64,000 bases of DNA. Source: Candidatus Acidiferrales bacterium (GTDB lineage: Bacteria; Acidobacteriota; Terriglobia; Acidiferrales; UBA7541). The notes under the pieces were generated by a model. That model did not search any database, had not been told where the DNA came from, and was given only the letters and a program-made list of their open reading frames with translations. The stretch spans positions 433-64,432 of the forward strand of contig JBEKSN010000002.1 of NCBI GenBank assembly GCA_049517055.1, read 5' to 3'. The translations under genes and the position numbers were made by a program. Below are positions 46,901 to 55,553 of this stretch, in pieces (positions within the stretch are counted from its first letter, which is position 1; each line of letters opens with the position of its first letter).

Positions 46901-48667
46901 TTAGCTGGAAAGAGGAATGGAAAAAGAGAACTTCGATCCTTGGCCCACCGCGCTCTCAACCCACAGGCGCCCACCGTGAGCTTCCACAATGTGCTTGGCA
47001 ATCGAAAGCCCCAGCCCGGTACCGCCGGCTTCCCGAGATCGCGCAGCGTCCACTCTGTAAAAGCGCTCGAAAATCCGCTCCTGGTCGGCCTGCGGTATTC
47101 CAATACCGGAATCTGAAATCGTAATGGTTGCTTCGTGAGGCCCTGCGCTTGCTTCGACAACTATTCGGCCGCCCGGCGGCGTGTACTGGATAGCATTATC
47201 GAGCAAATTCTGCAATACGTCATGCAGCAGACTCGCGTCGCCGCGCAGGGCCGGAATCCCGGCTGGAACTTCCATGCTGAATGAAATTTGCTTACGGCTG
47301 GCTTTAAGCAAAGTCGTCTCCGCACAGCCTTCGATCAGTTCCTGCACGCCGACCGGAAAAAATTCCAATTCAAGCTTTCCTGCCTCGATGCGGGCTAGTT
47401 TCAATAAATCATCTGTTACGCGAGCCAGGCGTACTGCATGCTCGCGAATGATTTCCAAAAACCGCCGATTGTTCTTGGGATCGTCAACCGCTCCGGCCAA
47501 CAGAGTCTCGGCAAAACCCTGAATAGCGGTCAAGGGAGTCTTGAATTCGTGCGAGACATTTCCCACAAAATCCTGGCGGACGCGTTCGAGCCGCCGCAAT
47601 TCGGTCACATCGTGCAAAACGACCACCGCTCCGGATGGCTTGTCCGCTGGCACGTTTCGATCCGCGTCCAGGGCTTGCACGGGCGCGGCAGTTACCGAAA
47701 AACTCAGAGGTTGCACGATTCCTATCTCGATATCGTTCTGCAGACCTTCCTCGCCTTGCAAAGCTTTGCGAATAAGACCGATCAATTCCGAGCTTCGAAC
47801 GACTTCAATTAACGGACTGCCTTCGCTGGTCACTGATTGAACATTTAGAATGTCTGAAAACGCGCGATTGCAGAACACCAGCCGTTCTTGCGCATCCACT
47901 ACGGCCACGCCTTCGACCATGCTGCGGAGGATCGCGCTCGACCGGTTGCGCTCGCTGCTTAGCAAGCGTATCTCACGGTCCAGGTGCGCCGCCGTTTTGT
48001 TCATTGAGTCAGCAAGGTCGGAAAGTTCGTCACGTGGTCCCACCGCCAGCCAAGGGTGAAAGTCTCCAGCGGCGATTCGTTGGGAGAAATCTTTCAGGTG
48101 TTCGACGCGCGCAACAAAAATACGCGCGAAAATCAGGGATACCCCAATTCCGATCGCTAAAATGATTAGCGAAGCAACCAGTAACCGCTGACGAAGCTCT
48201 TTTAGCGACAAATCATTTTGCGCCAGCGGTAATGCCAGGCGAATCACGATAGGCGAACCAGAAGCTGGCTGAAAACGTTGCGCTCGGCACACGAGTTCAC
48301 GGACACTATCAACCGACCGTCCCACACCATTAGCGAGAGCTTGTTGCACCTCGGGCCAATCGCTCGGTTTTTCGGGGTCGCCTGCGCCATTTGCCGAGTC
48401 CGCTAGAACCCCTCCCGAAGCATTGATTACGGTGACACGCGCTCCGCTTTTCGCCATCCAGTCGGTCCAGGCACGCACTGCCACCTCGCTGAATGCGTCC
48501 GGTGGGCGCGCCTGCGCAAGATTGAACAGCGAAACGAGCTGATCGTTTGCAGAGCGTATCGAGTGGCTACGAACCACGCGGGCAGAATAGGAATCAACGG
48601 CGATTAAAACGCCAAGCAGAAGGACCAGGTACGTCAGTCCCAGCCGCCAGAAAAGCCTAGCTCGCAC
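46901..48667 (-). CDS. phoR: Phosphate regulon sensor histidine kinase
   Basis: 588 aa: TM - periplasmic domain - TM - HAMP - PAS - HisKA (SHEFKTPLTAIQGF) - HATPase (GTGLGLSIAKHIV). Overlaps the phoB stop. Confidence 0.85.
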   Translation of the reverse strand: MRARLFWRLGLTYLVLLLGVLIAVDSYSARVVRSHSIRSANDQLVSLFNLAQARPPDAFSEVAVRAWTDWMAKSGARVTVINASGGVLADSANGAGDPEKPSDWPEVQQALANGVGRSVDSVRELVCRAQRFQPASGSPIVIRLALPLAQNDLSLKELRQRLLVASLIILAIGIGVSLIFARIFVARVEHLKDFSQRIAAGDFHPWLAVGPRDELSDLADSMNKTAAHLDREIRLLSSERNRSSAILRSMVEGVAVVDAQERLVFCNRAFSDILNVQSVTSEGSPLIEVVRSSELIGLIRKALQGEEGLQNDIEIGIVQPLSFSVTAAPVQALDADRNVPADKPSGAVVVLHDVTELRRLERVRQDFVGNVSHEFKTPLTAIQGFAETLLAGAVDDPKNNRRFLEIIREHAVRLARVTDDLLKLARIEAGKLELEFFPVGVQELIEGCAETTLLKASRKQISFSMEVPAGIPALRGDASLLHDVLQNLLDNAIQYTPPGGRIVVEASAGPHEATITISDSGIGIPQADQERIFERFYRVDAARSREAGGTGLGLSIAKHIVEAHGGRLWVESAVGQGSKFSFSIPLSS

Positions 48668-49355
48668 GGGTGGTTTCGAAGAGGTAACCGGCTCCGCGAA
48701 TGGTTTTCATGAACCCTGGATGCTGCGGATCCGTTTCGATTTTCTCGCGCAATCGCCGCACGTAGACGTCCACGCTGCGCGGCGTGACAAATCGTTCCGT
48801 GCCCCAAACGGCGTCGAGTAACTGGTCGCGCGTAAACACCCGATTGGGACGCGCCGCCAAAAAATAAAGCAGCCGGAACTCGAGGGTGCTCATCTGCACT
48901 GGTTTTCCTGCGCGCGTTACACGGTATGCCGCCGGATCGATTTTCAATGCGCCAATCTCAAGCGGTTTCTCCGAGGGTGCTCCAGGTTCGGCTCGTCGCA
49001 AGAGCGCCTTCACTCGCGCAACGAGCTCGCGCGGACTGAATGGTTTCGTCACGTAATCGTCCGCGCCAAGCTCCAGTCCCACCACGCGATCCGCTTCTTC
49101 GCCTTTGGCCGTGAGAATTAGAATCGGCAGGCGGTTCAGCGTGACATCCTTGCGAACCTCTTTGCAGATCTCCAAGCCCGAAAGCTTGGGCAGCATCAGG
49201 TCTAGGATCAGCAGATCGGGCGCGGCTTTTCGAATCTGCGCCAGACCAGTTGAGCCATCCCCACTCGACGCTACCTGATAACCGTCTTTCTCCAGGTTGT
49301 AGCGCACTAATTCAACGATGTCTTTGTCGTCTTCGATCACCAGTACGCGTTTCAT
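48657..49355 (-). CDS. phoB: Phosphate regulon response regulator (OmpR family)
   Basis: 232 aa. REC (LLILDLMLPKLSG) plus a winged-helix domain (LTRAGKPVQMSTLEFRLLYFLA, IRGAGYLF). Confidence 0.85.
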   Translation of the reverse strand: MKRVLVIEDDKDIVELVRYNLEKDGYQVASSGDGSTGLAQIRKAAPDLLILDLMLPKLSGLEICKEVRKDVTLNRLPILILTAKGEEADRVVGLELGADDYVTKPFSPRELVARVKALLRRAEPGAPSEKPLEIGALKIDPAAYRVTRAGKPVQMSTLEFRLLYFLAARPNRVFTRDQLLDAVWGTERFVTPRSVDVYVRRLREKIETDPQHPGFMKTIRGAGYLFETTRAS

Positions 49356-49433
49356 CGGCTCTCTTTCTAAGAAGTCTCCTCACAATAGGGGAATCATACC
49401 TCGGAAGCAAGCAGACGCAGATTGCTGGCCATT

Positions 49434-49460
49434 TTTTAACACGGTGTTAACATCGTTTCA
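49434..49460 (-). promoter_or_regulatory. Pho-box-like repeats (GTTAACAccgtGTTAAAA) upstream of phoB
   Basis: The minus strand reads TGAAACGATGTTAACACCGTGTTAAAA. It shares the TAACA core and 11-bp phasing with the pstS site. It lies 80-105 nt upstream of the phoB ATG, in the region shared with the divergent TonB receptor gene. Confidence 0.4.
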
Positions 49461-49683
49461 TACCGGCACTGGGCGTCCTTCCTGAAACATTTTCTCCGGT
49501 GAATGTTCGCGCAACGAAACTCTCGCAATAGGGTAGTTGACTGATTCTAGGTGCCTTGCCCTCATTTGACGATCATCAGTTTGGCCTCCTGTCTGCTACC
49601 TTCCCACCCGTTCCGTTCGCCACCGTGATGGCTACCGAACAAGGCTCCGTTGGCTCAGTCCTCTTGGGAATAAGGAAGGGGGA

Positions 49684-51735
49684 ATGCGCAAGTGCAAGCG
49701 TTGGATAGAGAGGATTGAGTCTCTCTCGTGCATCATTTCGCGCGCTCTCGCGCAGATCGCCCTGGTGGGATTTCTGGCCTTACCGGCATGGACGCAACAG
49801 GGTTCGACAGACCTGACGACGAAGAGTCTGGAAGATCTGATGAATGTCCAGGTAACCTCGGTCTCGAAAAGCGAGCAGAAGCTTTCGCGCACAGCTTCGG
49901 CAATTTTCGTGATCACGGCCGAGGATATCAGCCGCTCCGGCGCAACGAACATTCCTGATCTTCTGAGAATGGTGCCAGGGATGGATGTGGCTCAAATCAA
50001 CGCCAACACCTGGGCCATTAGCGCTCGCGGACTCAATGGTGAGTTCAGCAACGAATTGCTGGTGATGGTTGACGGGCGCACCGTATACCTTCCCACATTC
50101 GGCGGAGTCCTTTGGGACGTACTGGATGTGCCGCTCGATGACATTGAAAGAATCGAAGTGATCCGCGGTCCCGGCGGAACCATTTGGGGAACAAACGCCG
50201 TCAATGGTGTTGTCAACATCATCACGAAGAAGGCTGCCGATACGCACGGAGCGTTAATTGTCGCCGGCGGAGGAAACCTCGACCAGGGTTTTGCGACGAC
50301 GCAATATGGGGGCACACTGGGCAAGGACACCGATTATCGCGTCTACTCTAAGTATTTTAACCAGGCCCAGCTACCAGGCCCGGGCGGTCAACAGGGAGGC
50401 GATGGCTGGCACCTTCTTAGCGGTGGTTTTCGGGTGGATAGCACTCCTTCACCGAAGGATATGCTGACCATCCAAGGGAGTCTGTACGCAGGTCGGGAAG
50501 GCAATCCAGATCTCAGACTGCAGTCCGTTACGTCGCCAGGTCCCCAAGAGGTTGACCCCGGAGTTGATTTGTCCGGCGGCTTTCTTCAGTTAGCCTGGAA
50601 TCATACTTTCTCTGCCCGGTCCGACACTTCCCTTCAAATTTCCTATGATGAGTTCAAACGCCCCGACGTTCTGGATGAAGGGCGATACACGCTAAACCTA
50701 GATTTCCAACATCACTTCAGTTGGGGCCAGCGGCAAAACATTGTTTGGGGCTTGGGCTATCGCTACTCCTCTTCGCATACCAACGGGGATCTCACCATAA
50801 CTTTGAATCCCGCGGACCTAAGCACTCAAATAGGCAGTTCATTCATTCAGGATGAAATTGCTATCTCACCGGAGCGGCTCTACCTGACGCTGGGCACAAA
50901 GCTGGAGCATGATTACTACACCGGGTTGGTATTGCTGCCGAGCGCGCGCTTAACGTGGCAGCCGAACAGCCACCAAATGTTCTGGGCCGCTATTTCACGA
51001 GCTGCTCGCACTCCATCCAGCATAGACACAGCCGAACGCTTAAACTTCGGAGGATTCTTGGGACCTGGTGGCACGCCAGTCCTGATCGGTTTGGTAGGCA
51101 ATCCTCATTTTAAGAACGAAGATTTGACCGCTTATGAAGCCGGCACCCGAATCACTGCACTGAAAAGCCTATCGATCGATTTGGCCGCTTTTTACGGAGG
51201 CTATACACATCAGGGAACAGTTGAACCAGCCCCACCCGTTTTCGAAACGACGCCGGCTCCCCCTCACTTATTCATACCTTCGATTCTCGAAAATCTGATG
51301 CACGGCGAATCTCACGGACTCGAGATCGCCGCGAACTGGAAGGTAACGGATCGTTGGACGCTCAGTCCCGGATACGCCTTCGAACAAATTCATATGCACT
51401 TAGATCCGTCGAGCCAGGACACCACATCGGTGTCCCCTGCGGAAGGAAGTAGCCCGGTGAATTCAGCTCAGCTTCGATCGCACTTTATTTTTCCTCATAA
51501 CATGTCGTGGGACACCTCAGCATATTTCGTGGGACGTCTCGACGATCCAAAAATTCCCTCGTACACCAGAGTCGACACGTCTCTCACCTGGCATTGCAGG
51601 GAAGGACTGTCAATCAGCCTGGTCGGGCAAAATCTCGTAAGGGATCAGCACCTTGAGTTCATCGAGTCGACCGGAGCTTCCACATCCACCCTGATCAAGC
51701 GCAGTGGCTACGCCAAGTTCACGTGGCGATTCTGA
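49684..51735 (+). CDS. TonB-dependent outer membrane receptor
   Basis: 683 aa with a signal peptide and plug-domain motifs (LEDLMNVQVTSVSK, NIPDLLRMVPGMDV, IEVIRGPGGTIWGTNAVNGVVNIIT). The beta-barrel ends in a terminal aromatic (FTWRF). Confidence 0.9.
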   Translation: MRKCKRWIERIESLSCIISRALAQIALVGFLALPAWTQQGSTDLTTKSLEDLMNVQVTSVSKSEQKLSRTASAIFVITAEDISRSGATNIPDLLRMVPGMDVAQINANTWAISARGLNGEFSNELLVMVDGRTVYLPTFGGVLWDVLDVPLDDIERIEVIRGPGGTIWGTNAVNGVVNIITKKAADTHGALIVAGGGNLDQGFATTQYGGTLGKDTDYRVYSKYFNQAQLPGPGGQQGGDGWHLLSGGFRVDSTPSPKDMLTIQGSLYAGREGNPDLRLQSVTSPGPQEVDPGVDLSGGFLQLAWNHTFSARSDTSLQISYDEFKRPDVLDEGRYTLNLDFQHHFSWGQRQNIVWGLGYRYSSSHTNGDLTITLNPADLSTQIGSSFIQDEIAISPERLYLTLGTKLEHDYYTGLVLLPSARLTWQPNSHQMFWAAISRAARTPSSIDTAERLNFGGFLGPGGTPVLIGLVGNPHFKNEDLTAYEAGTRITALKSLSIDLAAFYGGYTHQGTVEPAPPVFETTPAPPHLFIPSILENLMHGESHGLEIAANWKVTDRWTLSPGYAFEQIHMHLDPSSQDTTSVSPAEGSSPVNSAQLRSHFIFPHNMSWDTSAYFVGRLDDPKIPSYTRVDTSLTWHCREGLSISLVGQNLVRDQHLEFIESTGASTSTLIKRSGYAKFTWRF

Positions 51736-52387
51736 TGGAGCCGGCAAATTGAACTTGCGTAACACACCCTCGATCCGCTTATCGTCTGATGCTGTCGGCG
51801 AGCGCCGCAGAATCTCTAGGCTCGTTTTGGGTTTCCTCTTACAAATATTTTTTTGGTCCTCTGCTTTTAATTTCCCAGCGGTCTTGCCGGCGCAAGTGAG
51901 GCCTCCAAGCGAATATGAGCTAAAGGCCGCCTTCCTTTTCAACTTCGCGAAATTCATAGATTGGCCTTCGAATATGTTCGCCGATCCTAAGGCTCCTTTC
52001 TTGGTCTGCGTTCTCGGAACTGACCCTTTTGGCGGCGCGCTCGATAACGCGTTGCGAGGGAAGGTGATTGCGGAGCATCCGGCAAGTGTCAGCCGGATAA
52101 AGCGCGTTGGTGATATCAATGGCTGCCAGATCTTGTTCGTCGCGGCTTCCGAGAGTCATCTGCTGCCCGAAATCCTGGCCAAGATTCGCGGCCAGTATGT
52201 CTTGGTGATCGGCGAAACTGATGATTTCGCATCTTCAGGAGGTGCCATCCAGTTCACTTTGGAGGAAAACCGAGTCCGTTTCTTCATAAATCCAGATGCC
52301 GCAGACCGCGCCGGTCTGAAGATCAGTTCGAAACTCTTGGCATTGGCAAAAATTGTGCGTGACGCTCCCGCCGCCGGAAAAAGCTGA
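51704..52387 (+). CDS. YfiR-like (DUF4154) periplasmic protein
   Basis: The YELKAAFLFNFAKFIDWP motif is characteristic of DUF4154/YfiR, and the GGAIQF...RFFINP tail fits. The start is uncertain: ATG 51704 overlaps the TBDR end, and TTG 51749 or 51755 are alternatives. Confidence 0.7.
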   Translation: MATPSSRGDSDGAGKLNLRNTPSIRLSSDAVGERRRISRLVLGFLLQIFFWSSAFNFPAVLPAQVRPPSEYELKAAFLFNFAKFIDWPSNMFADPKAPFLVCVLGTDPFGGALDNALRGKVIAEHPASVSRIKRVGDINGCQILFVAASESHLLPEILAKIRGQYVLVIGETDDFASSGGAIQFTLEENRVRFFINPDAADRAGLKISSKLLALAKIVRDAPAAGKS

Positions 52388-52388
52388 T

Positions 52389-55300
52389 ATGCATCCCCTG
52401 CGCAATTTCTCCCTACGTGGAAAGTTGACGGCCATTATCATGATCACTTCTTCCGTAGCCGTCCTGGTCGCCTGCACCGTATTCGCCCTCTATGATGTGA
52501 CGACGTTCTGGCGTTCGCTCGAGGGTGAAATGGGAACCGTTGCTGAGATCACCGGCTCGAACATGACCGCCGCTCTGACGTTTGGCGATGTCAAGGCCGC
52601 GAATGAAATTCTCAGTTCCCTCGGCATCCAGACGCACATCGTCGAAGCCTGCGTTTTCAGGACGGATGGGACGGTCCTTGCGGAATTTAGACGCGGTGGT
52701 TCTAAAGAATCGTTCACGCCCCCGGCGCCGCTTCCCGACCAGACTTTATTCGTTTCGGACTATATGCTCGTGTTCCGTCAAGTTCGGTTAGACGGAGAAG
52801 TGATCGGATCAATCTATCTGAAATCAGATCTCGGCGAACTTCACGCTCGCATTGCGCTCTTCTCTGTAATCATATTGGCCGTCTTCATATTGTCTCTCGT
52901 GATTTCATTCCTGCTCGCGGCGCGCCTGCAACTATTAATCTCGGAGCCTATCGGACAGCTGGCGCTAACGGCCCACGAGGTCTCCGCCAAGAAGGATTAT
53001 TCCCTTCGAGTTGCAAAAGGAAATAACGATGAGATCGGATTTCTGGTAGATACATTTAACGAAATGCTCGAACAGATCGAACATCGCGAGGCGGCTCTGC
53101 AAAATGCTCACGACGGATTGGAAATGCGCGTGGGTGAACGGACTCGCGAGTTACAAAAAGAGGTTGCCGATCGGACAAGAGCCGAACAGGAACTGGAAGA
53201 TCGCAAGCAATTCCTTAACTCCCTTATTGAAAATCTCCCCATCGCCATTGCTGCGATCGACAACGATGGCGCAGTGGAAATGTGCAACCCTGCTTTTGAA
53301 ACTCTATTCCTCTATTCACAGCAAGCCATTCTCGGACGGTCGCTGGCCGAACTGGTGACAAATTCAGAGTCTCGCCCGGAATTGGAGTCGAACAGAAAGA
53401 TTCTCCTGCAAGGAGAAGGCGTGCACTTAGTCACGCAACGGAGCCGGAGCGACGGGAGCCTGGTGGACGTGGAAGTCCACTCCGTCCCGCTCGGAAGCGA
53501 AGGAAAACGCAGGGGCGGCCTATTGCTCTACCAGGACATCACTGAACGCAAATTGGCAGAGGAAGCCATGCGTCATGCGAAGGAAGCGGCGGAAGCCGCA
53601 AGCAATGCGAAGAGTGAATTCCTGGCCAATATGAGCCATGAAATCCGCACACCTATGAACGGCATCCTGGGCATGACTGAACTCACACTCGACACGGAAT
53701 TAAGTTCCGAGCAGCGTGAATATCTCGGCATGGTCAAGACATCCGCCGATTCGCTCTTGATACTGCTGAACGACATCCTGGATTTTTCGAAGATCGAAGC
53801 GGGCAAACTCGATCTCGACCTCACACAATTTCCTCTGCGGGAAAGTCTGGGAGAAACGTTAAAGACTCTAGGCCTTCGCGCCCACCAGAAGTCGTTGGAA
53901 CTTGCCTGGCAGGTTACGGAAGAAGTCCCCGAATTCTTGGTCGGTGATTTGGGCCGTTTACGTCAGATCTTGGTTAATCTGATTGGTAACGCTCTGAAAT
54001 TCACAGAACATGGAGAAGTCCTTCTGCTGGTTGAAAAACTCCGGGATTTGCCCAAAGAAGTAGAGTTGCATTTCTCCGTGCGTGACACCGGCATTGGAAT
54101 CGCGGAGGACAAGCAATCCGAAATTTTCGCCCCCTTCACCCAGGCAGATGGTTCCACCACAAGGCTCTACGGAGGAACGGGGCTCGGACTTGGAATCGCC
54201 GCGCGCCTGGTGGAACTCATGGGAGGGAAGATCTGGGTTGACAGCGAATTGGGCCGCGGCAGCACTTTCCATTTCACCATCCATTTCGGAATCTCGGAAG
54301 ACAAGAATCGAGAGCGCAAAGTTCCCGACCCCGAAGTACTCCACGATTGCGACGTGCTTATAGTCGATGACAATAAAACGAATCGAGTCATTCTGCTCGA
54401 AATGCTCACGCAGTGGGGACTTCGTGCGGAGGCAGTCGACGGAGCGCGAGCAGCCCTCGCGGCCCTGGAGCGCAACCGGGCTGCCAACCATCCATTTGAT
54501 CTCGTAATCACCGATCTCCACATGCCGGAAATGGATGGGTTCGGCCTCGTCGAAGCGATGCGAAAGAATTCCGGCTCAACTCACATTCCCATCCTAATGC
54601 TCAGCTCAGGTTCACAGCGTGGCGACCGCGGCCGCTATCGCGATCTCGCGATTGCGACCTGTTTAATGAAACCTGTGCAACCTTCCGAGCTTTTCGATGC
54701 ACTTTTGGACGAGTTAACAAAAGTTAAACCAAAACGCGCCAAAGAAATCGTTGCCCAGCAGCCCGTTGACGAAAAAAGGCTCGCATTGAAAATTTTGCTT
54801 GCCGAGGACAATCCTGTTAATCGGCTTCTCGCCAGGAAGCTGCTTGAAAAACACGGCAACACAGTAAGTGCTGTCGAAAACGGCCAGGAAGCGCTTAAGG
54901 CTATCGAGCGCGAAAGACCCGACCTGGTGCTAATGGACGTACAGATGCCGGTCATGGACGGACTGCAAGCCATTCGAGCGGTACGAGCCAAAGAGCAAAT
55001 ATCCGGTCTGCACTTGCCGATCATTGCGCTAACCGCGCACGCCATGAAAGGCGATCGCGAGAGATGTTTGGGCGCTGGCGCGGATGAATACCTGACCAAG
55101 CCGATCCGCGCGGCCGAATTATTTGCTGCCCTCGGCCGCATGAAGACTGGAAATATTGGACCGAGCTCTTCCTTTGTGCCGGTAGCCGAGCTGCCCCGGC
55201 CCCCTTCTTCCCCGATCCTGGACTTGGCCGAAGCCCTCGTCCGAGTCGGGGACCAGGAAACTCTTGAAGAACTGGCAAGACTCTTCATCGAAGAATGCCC

Positions 55301-55553
55301 GAAACTAATGGTACAAATTCGTCAAGCTCTCGGAACGTCCGACGGCATTGCGCTGGAGCGTTCTGCCCATTCTCTGCAAGGGTCCGCCGCGAGCCTCGGG
55401 GCCCCCGCCATATCTCTCGCTTCGGAAGAACTGCAAAAGCTTGCTCGTTCCGGACATTGGATTGCCGCTCGATCGGTATTCGCAAGTCTGGAGAGGGAAG
55501 TCGCCTCGCTATACTCCGAACTTTCCACCCTGCTGCGTTCGGTGCCCTCTTGA
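52389..55553 (+). CDS. Hybrid sensor histidine kinase (CHASE8-like sensor - HAMP - PAS - HisKA - HATPase - REC - REC - HPt)
   Basis: The ATG sits 1 nt after the yfiR-like stop. HisKA MSHEIRTPMNGILGMT, HATPase GTGLGLGIAARLVELMGG, two receivers (VITDLHMPEMDG, VLMDVQMPVMDG) and a C-terminal HPt (HSLQGSAASLG). The CHASE8 assignment is from memory of the N-terminal pattern only. Confidence 0.85.
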   Translation: MHPLRNFSLRGKLTAIIMITSSVAVLVACTVFALYDVTTFWRSLEGEMGTVAEITGSNMTAALTFGDVKAANEILSSLGIQTHIVEACVFRTDGTVLAEFRRGGSKESFTPPAPLPDQTLFVSDYMLVFRQVRLDGEVIGSIYLKSDLGELHARIALFSVIILAVFILSLVISFLLAARLQLLISEPIGQLALTAHEVSAKKDYSLRVAKGNNDEIGFLVDTFNEMLEQIEHREAALQNAHDGLEMRVGERTRELQKEVADRTRAEQELEDRKQFLNSLIENLPIAIAAIDNDGAVEMCNPAFETLFLYSQQAILGRSLAELVTNSESRPELESNRKILLQGEGVHLVTQRSRSDGSLVDVEVHSVPLGSEGKRRGGLLLYQDITERKLAEEAMRHAKEAAEAASNAKSEFLANMSHEIRTPMNGILGMTELTLDTELSSEQREYLGMVKTSADSLLILLNDILDFSKIEAGKLDLDLTQFPLRESLGETLKTLGLRAHQKSLELAWQVTEEVPEFLVGDLGRLRQILVNLIGNALKFTEHGEVLLLVEKLRDLPKEVELHFSVRDTGIGIAEDKQSEIFAPFTQADGSTTRLYGGTGLGLGIAARLVELMGGKIWVDSELGRGSTFHFTIHFGISEDKNRERKVPDPEVLHDCDVLIVDDNKTNRVILLEMLTQWGLRAEAVDGARAALAALERNRAANHPFDLVITDLHMPEMDGFGLVEAMRKNSGSTHIPILMLSSGSQRGDRGRYRDLAIATCLMKPVQPSELFDALLDELTKVKPKRAKEIVAQQPVDEKRLALKILLAEDNPVNRLLARKLLEKHGNTVSAVENGQEALKAIERERPDLVLMDVQMPVMDGLQAIRAVRAKEQISGLHLPIIALTAHAMKGDRERCLGAGADEYLTKPIRAAELFAALGRMKTGNIGPSSSFVPVAELPRPPSSPILDLAEALVRVGDQETLEELARLFIEECPKLMVQIRQALGTSDGIALERSAHSLQGSAASLGAPAISLASEELQKLARSGHWIAARSVFASLEREVASLYSELSTLLRSVPS

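Noticed and set aside
49461-49683. Possible riboswitch (for example cobalamin) in the long leader of the TonB-dependent receptor gene
   Set aside because: I could not find a B12 box (GCCACTG) or the conserved AGGGAA/GGTG core by eye. The idea cannot be supported without a covariance-model scan.
55295-55549. The ATG at 55295 as the start of the second histidine kinase
   Set aside because: It would overlap the HPt-coding end of the upstream gene by ~260 nt and add an Arg/Ser-rich non-membrane segment. The TTG at 55550, overlapping the stop, fits better, though this is unproven.
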